This document shows, piece by piece, positions 25,236 to 34,510 of a stretch of 64,000 bases of DNA. The notes below the pieces were generated by a model. It saw only the letters and a list, made by a program, of their open reading frames with translations, did not search any database and was not told the DNA's origin. Source of the DNA: Candidatus Niyogibacteria bacterium (lineage in GTDB: Bacteria > Patescibacteriota > Minisyncoccia > JACROR01); the NCBI GenBank assembly GCA_016214345.1, contig JACROR010000001.1, positions 1,264-65,263 on the forward strand, in the 5' to 3' direction. The position numbers and the translations under genes were made by a program. Numbering within the stretch: position 1 is the first letter of the stretch; every line of letters starts with the position of its first letter.

Positions 25236-27029
25236 TCATTTTCTTACATTATACATCTTGAAAAAGTGCGAATCTTTGTCTTTAAGAAGTTCGTCTGGCA
25301 TCCCCTCTTCAATAATTTTTCCATTTTCCAAAACAATCAGCTTGTCTGAAATCATAACCGTAGAAAGACGATGAGCGATCGCTATAACCGTCATCTTCCC
25401 CTTCAGACTTTCTATTGATTTTTGTATCATCATCTCCGATTCATTATCCAGCGCGGATGTTGCCTCATCAAGTATTAATATTTGTGGCCGTCTTACCAAT
25501 GCACGAGCCAACACAATCCTTTGACGCTGCCCTCCGGAAAGCATCGTTCCGCGCTCTCCAACAATTGTTTTGTATCCATTCGGCTGTTTTTCTATAAATT
25601 CATGGATATTTGCCATTCTGGCCGCCAAAACAATATCTTCGTGTTCCAATGCTTCATTATAAAACTTTATATTATTTTCAATGGTGTCATTCAGCAGAAA
25701 TATATCCTGCGAAACATAGCCTATATTTGCGCGCCAACTGGAAAGTTTAATATTATCAATATTTTCTCCATCCAATAAAATAACGCCTTTTTGCGGATAA
25801 AAAAGCCGTAGCAACAAATCAACGATCGTGGTTTTCCCAGCCCCAGACTGCCCCACCAAGCCAATGATTGAACCTTTTTTGATGTCAAAACTCAAGCCAG
25901 ATAGCACATATTCTTTTCTTTCGTCATCATAAGCAAAGTGTACATTTTGCAATTTTAGACTCTTCTGAAAAGAAAAGGTTTTTTGTCCACCATCTTTCTC
26001 CGCGCATTGAATCGTTTCATCTTTATAATTCAATACGCTCATTAGGTGTGGAATCTGCGAGCTTATCGCATGCGCCTGTGATTGCGCCAACTGTATATTC
26101 GCAAATACTTTATTGATAGCATAAATAATAACCGCGAAAGATGCTAAATTAAGCATTGTTGTTTTGTAAAAAAAAGAGAATATGCCAATGATGAAAATGA
26201 GCCCCACTGGTTGTAAGATTACATTGGTGCAATTCTTAAGCATAGAAACTCTGATATATAGATCTTTCATGCGTTCAAAGTACGTAAGTCCAACAGTTAA
26301 TACGCTCTCGCCGACAAACATGGCCTTCACAGTCTTCATACCAATCATATGTTCATTAACATAATGGGCGATGTGTTTATATTTTTGGGTTATTTCTCTG
26401 TAAGCAACTCGGTTTCTATAAAATAAAGGTTTAAAAATAATAAAAATGACCCCGCCTAAGACGAAAACAAGAAGCGCAATAATCGGAGATATATTAAACG
26501 CTAAAATGCCGTACACGACAATATTAGCAATCATAATCATGATACCGCCGATATAGAAAAGAAGGGCCGAACTATTTACAATGTTGGTTGTTAAAATTTG
26601 ATCAAGATGACCAATTTTTTGTTTAGATAAATATCGCCAATCAGCGGCAAATGTCAGTTTCAGAAGTGCGCCTCTCATAGTCTTTTCATAATCCGCGGTA
26701 ATCTCTGCAATCACATACTGTGTAAAAAATAAAAAAGCTGCCTTTACCAAAAACAACAAAATAATAAATATTAACAAGTACTTAACCGTATATGTTATAT
26801 GAAAAAAAAGAAAGAATTTCTCAATAGCTTGAGAAATTTTGTCGGTTGCTTGACCGCCTTTAATAAAAGAAAGGATTGGAATGACTGTGTTAATGCCAAC
26901 GATCTCCAATATTCCTGAAAAAAAGCTCAAAGCAGCCATGCCGGCAATTTGCCATTTATACTGTCCGAACGCCCTTTGAAACAATCTAATGACCGCGAAT
27001 ATTTTAGTATTTTTAAATGCGAATTCCAT
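25236..27029 (-). CDS. ABC exporter, fused TMD-NBD (MsbA/PglK-like; candidate lipid-linked oligosaccharide flippase)
   Basis: Six TM helices N-terminally. Walker A GQSGAGKTT, ABC signature LSGGQRQRIVLARAL and Walker B ILILDEATSALD are present. Confidence 0.85.
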   Translation of the reverse strand: MEFAFKNTKIFAVIRLFQRAFGQYKWQIAGMAALSFFSGILEIVGINTVIPILSFIKGGQATDKISQAIEKFFLFFHITYTVKYLLIFIILLFLVKAAFLFFTQYVIAEITADYEKTMRGALLKLTFAADWRYLSKQKIGHLDQILTTNIVNSSALLFYIGGIMIMIANIVVYGILAFNISPIIALLVFVLGGVIFIIFKPLFYRNRVAYREITQKYKHIAHYVNEHMIGMKTVKAMFVGESVLTVGLTYFERMKDLYIRVSMLKNCTNVILQPVGLIFIIGIFSFFYKTTMLNLASFAVIIYAINKVFANIQLAQSQAHAISSQIPHLMSVLNYKDETIQCAEKDGGQKTFSFQKSLKLQNVHFAYDDERKEYVLSGLSFDIKKGSIIGLVGQSGAGKTTIVDLLLRLFYPQKGVILLDGENIDNIKLSSWRANIGYVSQDIFLLNDTIENNIKFYNEALEHEDIVLAARMANIHEFIEKQPNGYKTIVGERGTMLSGGQRQRIVLARALVRRPQILILDEATSALDNESEMMIQKSIESLKGKMTVIAIAHRLSTVMISDKLIVLENGKIIEEGMPDELLKDKDSHFFKMYNVRK

Positions 27030-27043
27030 ATTTTATGGAAAAT

Positions 27044-28369
27044 TTATGTCAATCTTTTAAATCCAACGTGAGCAGTCGGCCCCTCTAGTAAAGCGCGCAC
27101 TTTATTGTCTTTAATGGCTTGTCCTAAAAGACAAAAAACTTCGTCAGCCGCATTGAGATATTTTCTGATATGTTTTTCTTTAAGACTATATGTAACATAA
27201 AGCACACTCCCCACTAAAAATTCTCTTTTCAGCATCTCCTGCGTATAAAGCGTCTTTATTGTTTGACCATCTTCACCGTAATCAAAACTCAAGTGAGGCA
27301 TTGGAGATAATCCGCTTACTAATAATCTTATATTATGTTTCTTTGCGCATTCCTTCATTCCGCGCATAAACATACCGCCAATGCGTAGAAGGTGCCTGGG
27401 AACCTTCTTATTTATCATTTTTCCTATACTGGCCAGCGCCGCAACAGTTCCAATTCGTTCCGTCCAATAAGAGCTGCTGATAAAAGTCGTTTGCGCGGAT
27501 TGCATTATTTTTTTCTTGCCAATAATTGCCGCCATGGGAAAACCATTGCTTATTCCTTTGGCAAACACCGCAATATCCGGATTAACGCCGTACTTCAGAT
27601 GCGCTCCGCCATACGAAAGACGCCAGCCGATAGTTATTTCATCAAAAATTAAAACGGCTCCGCTTTTGTTTGCAATCCTCCGCACCTTTTGTAAAAAATT
27701 ATTCATCGGCTCATGATTACGCAATGGCTCCATTATAATCACTCCTATGTCTTTATTTTTAGAAACAATATTTTCCAATTCTTCTATCTTATTGTAACTA
27801 AAAGGAATGGCTGTTCCTCGCAATCCTTTAGGTACGCCCCTTGGATCCAAACCCGGAAGCAAATGTTCTTTGAGATTTTTATTATTTCCAAGATTAGCGG
27901 CTAAATACCAATCTTGCCAGCCATGATAACCGCAAAACGCAATTTTATCCTTACCGGAATACGCGCGGGCGATGCGCACGGCGATAGCCATTGCTTCGCC
28001 TCCGCCTCGCGCATATCGCACCATGTCAGCCCATGAGTGCAATTTGCATAATAATTCAGCTAACTTTATTTCTTCAGGACAATTCAGCGTGGATATATTA
28101 CCTTGATCAATCACTTTTTTAACAGCATTATTTACATCTGGGTCAGCATAACCCAATATACAAGCGCCGATACTTGCCAATGTGTCTATATATTTATTCC
28201 CATCTAAATCCCACACAAAAACTCCTTTGGCTTTTTTAAAATAAGACGGCCATTGTTCCGGCAAAAACATTTCCGCACGTTTTGATAATAATTGCGAGCC
28301 GCCAGGAATGATTTTCTTGGCTTTATTCCATAATTTAACGCCTTTTTTATTTTTCATAAGCCTTTTCAC
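27044..28369 (-). CDS. Class III (GSA-aminomutase-like) PLP-dependent aminotransferase
   Basis: 441 aa. Glutamate-1-semialdehyde aminomutase-like layout with GYHGW..., the DEITIGWR motif (DEV-type) and a PLP lysine region AVFAKGISNGFP. Confidence 0.8.
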   Translation of the reverse strand: MKRLMKNKKGVKLWNKAKKIIPGGSQLLSKRAEMFLPEQWPSYFKKAKGVFVWDLDGNKYIDTLASIGACILGYADPDVNNAVKKVIDQGNISTLNCPEEIKLAELLCKLHSWADMVRYARGGGEAMAIAVRIARAYSGKDKIAFCGYHGWQDWYLAANLGNNKNLKEHLLPGLDPRGVPKGLRGTAIPFSYNKIEELENIVSKNKDIGVIIMEPLRNHEPMNNFLQKVRRIANKSGAVLIFDEITIGWRLSYGGAHLKYGVNPDIAVFAKGISNGFPMAAIIGKKKIMQSAQTTFISSSYWTERIGTVAALASIGKMINKKVPRHLLRIGGMFMRGMKECAKKHNIRLLVSGLSPMPHLSFDYGEDGQTIKTLYTQEMLKREFLVGSVLYVTYSLKEKHIRKYLNAADEVFCLLGQAIKDNKVRALLEGPTAHVGFKRLT

Positions 28370-28433
28370 AATATACCATATATTATAAATAAACTTCCTT
28401 GCAAAATAATTGCGAGGAAGTTTTTGACTAAAT

Positions 28434-29468
28434 TTATTCTTCTTTTTCTTTTTTATATTTCATATCGCTTTCTAACGCAAAATCGCATGTTCGACAAGAT
28501 GGGATTTCAAAAAACTTACCGGAAAAATGTTTTTCTCTAATTTGCTGCAATTTGCGTGATTTCCATGCGTCTTCTAATGACATGTCTTTCAAATTGCCAA
28601 AACAAAGTGTCCTATCATAATCCATACAACATGGAGAAATCATTCCATCCTCCCAAATCGTTAGCCGAGTAATAATCTGCGGGCAGATAAAGCCTGATTC
28701 ATAACTACCATCAAAACATCCCTCTTTTGATTTCACAGGATCAACATAATCAATGAATGAAACCGCGTCAACAATTGGAGAAAAAAGCGCGATAGTGTCT
28801 TCTATTTCTTTTCTGGTTATATCGTGGAATTTAATACAATTTATCCTTGTAAGCGGCCTAATCACATTAAGTTGCTTCTTTAATTCCGCAAAATTTTTTA
28901 TATTCCGTAACACTTTCTCAAATTTAGCGCCAATCCTGATTTTCTCGTATTTTTCTTTATACGGCGAATCAAAAGAAATAATCAATCTATCCAATCCTGC
29001 CTCAATTAATTTTCTGCCATTTATTTCGTTTAATGCGGTCGCATTGGTGTGAAAAAAAACATCCAATATTCCCTTGCTCTTTGCGTAGGAAATCATTTTG
29101 AAGATATTCGGATTTAATAGTGGCTCGCCAAAATTATCAAAATCCACAGCGCACAAACCCTTGCTTCCCCCTTCGTCTATCGCCTTCTGAAAAAACTCAA
29201 ACTCCAAATGCCTTGTCTCAACCCATGTGGTGTCCCCAATTTTTTGTGTACGTGTACACATCGGACACTTGAGATTACATTTGCTGGTAATGCCGATATC
29301 AAGATGAAGAGGAAATTCCGGAATTATTAATTTTTTAGGATATTCTTCCCATTTTTCCCTATATTCTTTGTATTCTGGAGGTTGAGACGCTTCGAACTTA
29401 TCCACGTTCTCATTTTTTATATCCACATTAAAACCAGAATAAACATCGGCGCCATTTTGTTTACGCAC
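28434..29468 (-). CDS. Radical SAM enzyme with C-terminal SPASM/twitch-type Cys cluster
   Basis: CxxxCxxC motif (TSKCNLKCPMC). C-terminal cysteines (CPQ...SPCCMDYDRTLCFGN...PSCRTCDFA) are typical of SPASM auxiliary Fe-S clusters. GTG start after AAGGAG. Confidence 0.75.
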   Translation of the reverse strand: MRKQNGADVYSGFNVDIKNENVDKFEASQPPEYKEYREKWEEYPKKLIIPEFPLHLDIGITSKCNLKCPMCTRTQKIGDTTWVETRHLEFEFFQKAIDEGGSKGLCAVDFDNFGEPLLNPNIFKMISYAKSKGILDVFFHTNATALNEINGRKLIEAGLDRLIISFDSPYKEKYEKIRIGAKFEKVLRNIKNFAELKKQLNVIRPLTRINCIKFHDITRKEIEDTIALFSPIVDAVSFIDYVDPVKSKEGCFDGSYESGFICPQIITRLTIWEDGMISPCCMDYDRTLCFGNLKDMSLEDAWKSRKLQQIREKHFSGKFFEIPSCRTCDFALESDMKYKKEKEE

Positions 29469-29556
29469 ACTTTACTCCTTTTCTATTTTATTTAAATGAA
29501 CAAACTATATTAGCACCTTATCACAAATCAACCGCTTAATCAAGTTTTTTTATAAT

Positions 29557-30345
29557 TCACAACTTATAAATGGTTTGGTCCTCTTTTAAAGATCTAAAAT
29601 ATCCTTCGTCTTTTTTAATATCGCTATTAATTCGCAATAGGTCGGGATTTTTTTCAAGAAGAGTCAGTATATCTTTCATGTAAAATATTGAGTCTTTTTT
29701 ATACAATCTGTCGTATACTGCTCTGACAAATTTCAAATCTCTATCTTCATCAACTGTCCAGCGTAAATAAGATAAGTCTTTATCAATCGTGCTAAATCCT
29801 TTGATACGAAAAAATTCCGGGTGATTCCAAATATATGATGTCACATGTTCTCTTTCCGATAAAAATTTCGCTTCTTTCCAAGCTTTTTCCAGCGCCTTAA
29901 AACTGCATACTTCGGTATCAAGACCATCAGGATAATTTGTTCCTGCGTTTTCTTGATTAAGAATATGCCCAGTGCTTACATAGTCACAACTATTCTTTAT
30001 AAAATATTCCACGGTATGGTCAATAATGCATGGGTCAATTAATGGACAATCGCCTGTTATTCTTACAATTATATCTGTGTTATACTGCCTTGCCGCCTTA
30101 TAGCACCTATCCAAAACATCGCTTTCACTACCCGCAAAAGCGCTTACTCCGATATCGTCCGCTACATCTAAAATTTTTTTATTTTCATCATTGTCAACAG
30201 TAGCAATAATTATTTTGTCTATCATCTTTGAATGCCCAACCCTATCAACCACATGCCACAACATTGGCTTTCCACAAATAAACGCCATCGCCTTTCCTGG
30301 AAGTCTTGTTGACGACATTCTTGCTTGAATAATCGCTGTAATCAT
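29557..30345 (-). CDS. Cytidylyltransferase (SpsF/NeuA-like CTP:nonulosonate cytidylyltransferase family)
   Basis: N-terminal ITAIIQARMSSTRLPGKA motif (PF02348-type). Likely start is MITAII at 30345, overlapping the upstream stop. Confidence 0.75.
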   Translation of the reverse strand: MITAIIQARMSSTRLPGKAMAFICGKPMLWHVVDRVGHSKMIDKIIIATVDNDENKKILDVADDIGVSAFAGSESDVLDRCYKAARQYNTDIIVRITGDCPLIDPCIIDHTVEYFIKNSCDYVSTGHILNQENAGTNYPDGLDTEVCSFKALEKAWKEAKFLSEREHVTSYIWNHPEFFRIKGFSTIDKDLSYLRWTVDEDRDLKFVRAVYDRLYKKDSIFYMKDILTLLEKNPDLLRINSDIKKDEGYFRSLKEDQTIYKL

Positions 30346-30995
30346 ACAATTTGAGGCGCCACTCCATGCCAAGAGCGAATAAAGAGATGGCGGTGTATAT
30401 TAAATCCATTTTTATTTATTTTTTTAGGGTCCACATAACGACCTGTATAGACTTTGTCTCCATTTTTATCTCTATCGGAACACCAAATAAAATCGTTCTT
30501 CCATAATATTTCATCGTCAGTTAAAAAATAATAAGCAAAAAAAGTAAACGCCGTTAAAATAGCCGATGGAAGATTTTGATTGCGCGCCAAGAGCTTTTCT
30601 ACATTCTCTGGACTTATACCTCGCGTCTGCCGCATTACATTCTTACAGATTAAATACCACTTAAATTTTAAATGTGTTTTATCGGCAAACTTTTCGCGTA
30701 TATACCAATCTTGATTATAAAAACACGGCTCTGACACATTCGGATCCATGCCAAGATCAGAGCGCATTTTATTAATCGTCAAATGTGCGCCATCTTTTGT
30801 TTTTGGTATTCCAAGAATCAATATATAGTTACGCTTATTTTTTTTTAAATATTCTTCACTAAAAAAAATTTTAGGAAATTTACCTTTTCTAAAACTAATC
30901 GGGTCAACAATGCCTAATTTAGAGGCGATGCCTTGCAATTCGTCAGGCCCAATAAAATTTTTACCCATTATTTTTTTAGCTTGGCTAATATCCAT
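30342..30995 (-). CDS. Hypothetical protein in nonulosonate operon (no family recognised)
   Basis: 217-aa ORF translationally coupled on both sides (stop/start overlaps). AT-rich. Confidence 0.5.
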   Translation of the reverse strand: MDISQAKKIMGKNFIGPDELQGIASKLGIVDPISFRKGKFPKIFFSEEYLKKNKRNYILILGIPKTKDGAHLTINKMRSDLGMDPNVSEPCFYNQDWYIREKFADKTHLKFKWYLICKNVMRQTRGISPENVEKLLARNQNLPSAILTAFTFFAYYFLTDDEILWKNDFIWCSDRDKNGDKVYTGRYVDPKKINKNGFNIHRHLFIRSWHGVAPQIV

Positions 30996-31013
30996 GGAAT
31001 CCTACTAAATAAT

Positions 31014-32087
31014 TCAAACCGTGTCCCAATAAATTGCCTCTCTGGCTTTTATATCTTTTTTTGCTATCCTTCCGATAATCAAATGTTTAAATTTTGGAAT
31101 AATGCCAACCGCGGGTCGCAACTCAATAATGTCTTCTCTTTTTATAACTTCACCGCTCTTAATATTGCGCTTCGCGTGCAAAGACCGACGCTGAACAATT
31201 ACAGTTTCAGACTCCTCTTCAACAATATCTTTTTTTGTCGTTCCAAGCGCTTTTTCCAATAATCTGATTTTTTCTACCATTAACTTAAACTCCCGTGGTT
31301 CCATTGAGTGCGGGTGATCAGGACCAGCATCTTTTTTACTTAATGTAAAATGTTTTTCAATAACTTTGGCTCCAAGCGCTATAGCCCCCAACACAACAAC
31401 ATCGCCGGGTGAATGGTCGGAATATCCAGTGATAACATTAAAGGCTGTTTGATATGTTTTTAAAACATTAATATTTGCGCTCTCTATTTTTGACGGATAA
31501 TTGGTAATACATTGCAATAAAATTATTTTGTCGTTACCAGCATTCTCTATAACTCTTACTGCCTCATCTATTTCGGCTAATGTGCTGTCACCAGTTGATA
31601 AAATGATGGGTTTATTTTTTTGAGCGACATATTCAAGCATTTCATGCCACGTAATTTCACCGGAACCAATTTTAAAAAAATCAACTCCTAATTCATGCAA
31701 AAGATCAACGGCTGAAAAATCATACGGCGCAGAATTGAAAACCGTTCCTATTTCTTTACAATAATTATAAAGCTCTTTATGCCACTTGCGTGGAAATTCA
31801 GCTGCCCTGAAAACTTCGTCTATTGGCTTTTTCCAACTGCCATGCACGCCCTTAAGATTCATCTTGGCAAAACTCGGACCAGATATAATTGTATCAGCGG
31901 AGAACGTCTGAAATTTAACCACATCCGCGCCCGCTTCTTTCGCCGCCAAAGCAAGTTTTTTTGCCTTATCTAAATTCCCATCAAAATTGGCGCCAATATC
32001 AGCTATAAAATAGGATGGGTGTCCTTCTCCAACCAATCTTTTTCCGATTTTTATTTCTGAGCTAAAAGTTTTTTGATTCATAATCAA
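31014..32087 (-). CDS. NeuB-family nonulosonate synthase with C-terminal SAF domain (PseI/LegI/SpsE-like)
   Basis: FIADIGANFDGN N-terminus with a TIM-barrel core, and a C-terminal SAF-like region (IVQRRSLHAKRNIKSGEVIKREDIIELRP). Confidence 0.85.
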   Translation of the reverse strand: MIMNQKTFSSEIKIGKRLVGEGHPSYFIADIGANFDGNLDKAKKLALAAKEAGADVVKFQTFSADTIISGPSFAKMNLKGVHGSWKKPIDEVFRAAEFPRKWHKELYNYCKEIGTVFNSAPYDFSAVDLLHELGVDFFKIGSGEITWHEMLEYVAQKNKPIILSTGDSTLAEIDEAVRVIENAGNDKIILLQCITNYPSKIESANINVLKTYQTAFNVITGYSDHSPGDVVVLGAIALGAKVIEKHFTLSKKDAGPDHPHSMEPREFKLMVEKIRLLEKALGTTKKDIVEEESETVIVQRRSLHAKRNIKSGEVIKREDIIELRPAVGIIPKFKHLIIGRIAKKDIKAREAIYWDTV

Positions 32088-33292
32088 TTAAAATTTAATT
32101 TTCGTTGACGTTTTTTGTATTTTTCTATCTCTTCTTTTGATAAATGCACTTTGCCATACGCGGATGATCCTCCCCAAACATTATCTTTCACCCATTCTTC
32201 ATTGTCAATCCGCCATACGCGGGGATCTCTAAAAAAATCAGCTGTCTTCCAGAACTCATCTTCTTTCATACCAACGTATTCAAGCCAATGATATAAATCA
32301 CTTGATACGACATGGTCATATTTCTTTACCATTTCTATCCCCTCCTCGCGCGTCATGTAGCCATCTCTAACATCTTTTGAGGCGTGGTCAGACGCCCTGC
32401 CATATCCAAATTTTACAAACTTCATTAAATCGTGTATTCCATTTTCATATCTATCATCCAAATTTGAGAATCTCCTGTATGTTCTTTCAAACGGTGTTTC
32501 TTTTGGTTTCCATCCATATTCCTCCTGCACCATTTTGGCATGCCGATTCGGATCCCATCTAAAAAAATTTCCTATGTAAAGACCTCTCACGCCGACTTTC
32601 AAAATATCCTCGTCTGTCGGATATTTTGCCCATTGTAAATCTTTTTCACTTAATTGTTCAACGGGGTCGTTGATCATATCATGCCACTCGTAACCCCTCA
32701 AATCATGCTCATGTCTGACGCGGGCGCTAAACTCAACGAAATCATCAGGTTCAAACATTCCTGATATATCCCAGCTGGTTTCTCCCCAAATCATAAGCGG
32801 AATATTCAATCTAACTGCAACCTGTATCGGATATGTCATAATTCCGCAATGATTATGCCAATTCATATCGCCCATCTTCCTAAAACATAATCTATTTAAC
32901 TTCTTCAAAACTTCAACGCTGGGGCCAAAAACAAGATGGTCAACATTAAACACGTTGCGCATTCTGTCTCTATTATAATCCGCCTCAGGCAAGTAATTGT
33001 TCCCGTGATAAGTCGCTAGCAACGGCTTGAGCCCATATTCGGCAACCATTATATGCGTCTGATAATAACTATCTTTACCGCCACTAACAGGAATAATACA
33101 ATCGTAATCGCCCTTATTGTTTCTTGAGATTTCTTTAACTATTTCTCCAAATCTTGCCTTTCTCTTTACCCAAAAATCCGGCGCCAAAGCGTTAAATTTT
33201 TCGAAAGTTATACAACTTGAACACACGCCGGATTCATTCAGGCCCAAATTAACAGTTATTTGAGGATACACGCATCGTTTGCAATATTGCAT
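32084..33292 (-). CDS. N-acetyl sugar amidotransferase (WbuX/WbpG/PseA family; forms acetamidino sugars)
   Basis: N-terminal zinc ribbon CKRCVYP...GVCSSC followed by the PP-loop SGGKDS. About 400 aa, typical of this family. Confidence 0.8.
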   Translation of the reverse strand: MQYCKRCVYPQITVNLGLNESGVCSSCITFEKFNALAPDFWVKRKARFGEIVKEISRNNKGDYDCIIPVSGGKDSYYQTHIMVAEYGLKPLLATYHGNNYLPEADYNRDRMRNVFNVDHLVFGPSVEVLKKLNRLCFRKMGDMNWHNHCGIMTYPIQVAVRLNIPLMIWGETSWDISGMFEPDDFVEFSARVRHEHDLRGYEWHDMINDPVEQLSEKDLQWAKYPTDEDILKVGVRGLYIGNFFRWDPNRHAKMVQEEYGWKPKETPFERTYRRFSNLDDRYENGIHDLMKFVKFGYGRASDHASKDVRDGYMTREEGIEMVKKYDHVVSSDLYHWLEYVGMKEDEFWKTADFFRDPRVWRIDNEEWVKDNVWGGSSAYGKVHLSKEEIEKYKKRQRKLNFN

Positions 33293-33300
33293 AAAATTAA

Positions 33301-34494
33301 TTACTCCTTATATCCCATATAATAAATATCTCCTTGGCCGCAATAACCATTAAATAAAAACTGGTTTTTATCAATCTCTTTCTTTATTTTTTTAATATCT
33401 TTCGTGTTCTTTAACAGATAAATTAGGCCTTTCAATTCTTTGAAAAAATTGGAAATTTTGTTGATTTCTTTTTTATATATGCGCTCTAAATTAAAATTGA
33501 AATCTAAATTTTCTATCTCTTTAAATTTTTCCAGCTTAATTACAGAATCGGGCCCTATATCTTTAATTAAATCGGTAATCTTATTAAGATTATTCATTGG
33601 CAGTAAGTCTTTATGATATTCATTTATTATTTCCTTATCCGTTGCGTTCGCTGTCATCCAAAAATACTCAGAGAAAGAAAGTAATTTTCTATATTTCTTT
33701 TCTGTATAATCAATTATGTCGTTTCTTGGCGAATCAACTAAAGGAAACGGAAATTGTAATGGCGGCCATGACGAATAAAATTTAATATTATTTTCATCAA
33801 ACCACTTCAATATCTCCTCTACGCTGGCGTTATCTGCTTTCGGAACAACATAAGAATCATAAATTATTGAATCAGCGCTTCGTTTGCCATATTTGACAGC
33901 TCTATCAATGTGCTCCTTAAACAAAAATTTTGCCAATGTGACAATCTCTTCTTCTGACTTAGCCAATTTATATAAAATCATTCTTTGTAGATTTCTTTGA
34001 AAAGCTCCTGCCTTATTTCCAACACTAATAAATACAAACCCTCTCGGCCTCAAATAAGAAACTAATTTTTTAAACCCAGCTCTTTGGTCATTCGTATGGT
34101 GCAAAACTCCGTTTGACACCACAATGTCAAATTTTTTATTCGGTTTAAAATCAAATAACGAAATATTGTGAATTTTCAATTTTTCCGTTAATTTATATTT
34201 TTTAAACAATTTTTTGCATCTATCCACGGACAAATTATTCATCTCCACGCCAGTGATATTTGCCCCCCATTTTGCATAAAATAAATCCTGTTCGCCGGTT
34301 CCTGAACCAAAATCCAATAATTCCGCGCTATCAAACATTTGCAATGGAAACTTCAACTTATCTCTAAATAATGACTCGCGAAATTTTTGATGATATTTAA
34401 AAATATCATTGCTTTCAATTTTATGCGTACTTGGATTAACTTTTTTGTAAACAGCTAAAACTTTTTTCTCTACTTGTTTTAATATTTTTTCCAT
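33301..34494 (-). CDS. Class I SAM-dependent methyltransferase
   Basis: SAM motif I LLDFGSGTGEQ, then ...DIVVSNGVLHH. 397 aa with an extra C-terminal domain. Confidence 0.7.
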   Translation of the reverse strand: MEKILKQVEKKVLAVYKKVNPSTHKIESNDIFKYHQKFRESLFRDKLKFPLQMFDSAELLDFGSGTGEQDLFYAKWGANITGVEMNNLSVDRCKKLFKKYKLTEKLKIHNISLFDFKPNKKFDIVVSNGVLHHTNDQRAGFKKLVSYLRPRGFVFISVGNKAGAFQRNLQRMILYKLAKSEEEIVTLAKFLFKEHIDRAVKYGKRSADSIIYDSYVVPKADNASVEEILKWFDENNIKFYSSWPPLQFPFPLVDSPRNDIIDYTEKKYRKLLSFSEYFWMTANATDKEIINEYHKDLLPMNNLNKITDLIKDIGPDSVIKLEKFKEIENLDFNFNLERIYKKEINKISNFFKELKGLIYLLKNTKDIKKIKKEIDKNQFLFNGYCGQGDIYYMGYKE

Positions 34495-34510
34495 AAAATT
34501 TAAAATTATT

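Noticed and set aside
28434-29556. RiPP gene cluster: SPASM radical SAM + ABC exporter + methyltransferase
   Set aside because: No candidate precursor-peptide ORF is present in the flanking intergenic regions (29469-29556 encodes nothing plausible), and there is no peptidase or RiPP-recognition element. The neighbours are clearly nucleotide-sugar enzymes, so a carbohydrate role is favoured. It is flagged as a finding instead.
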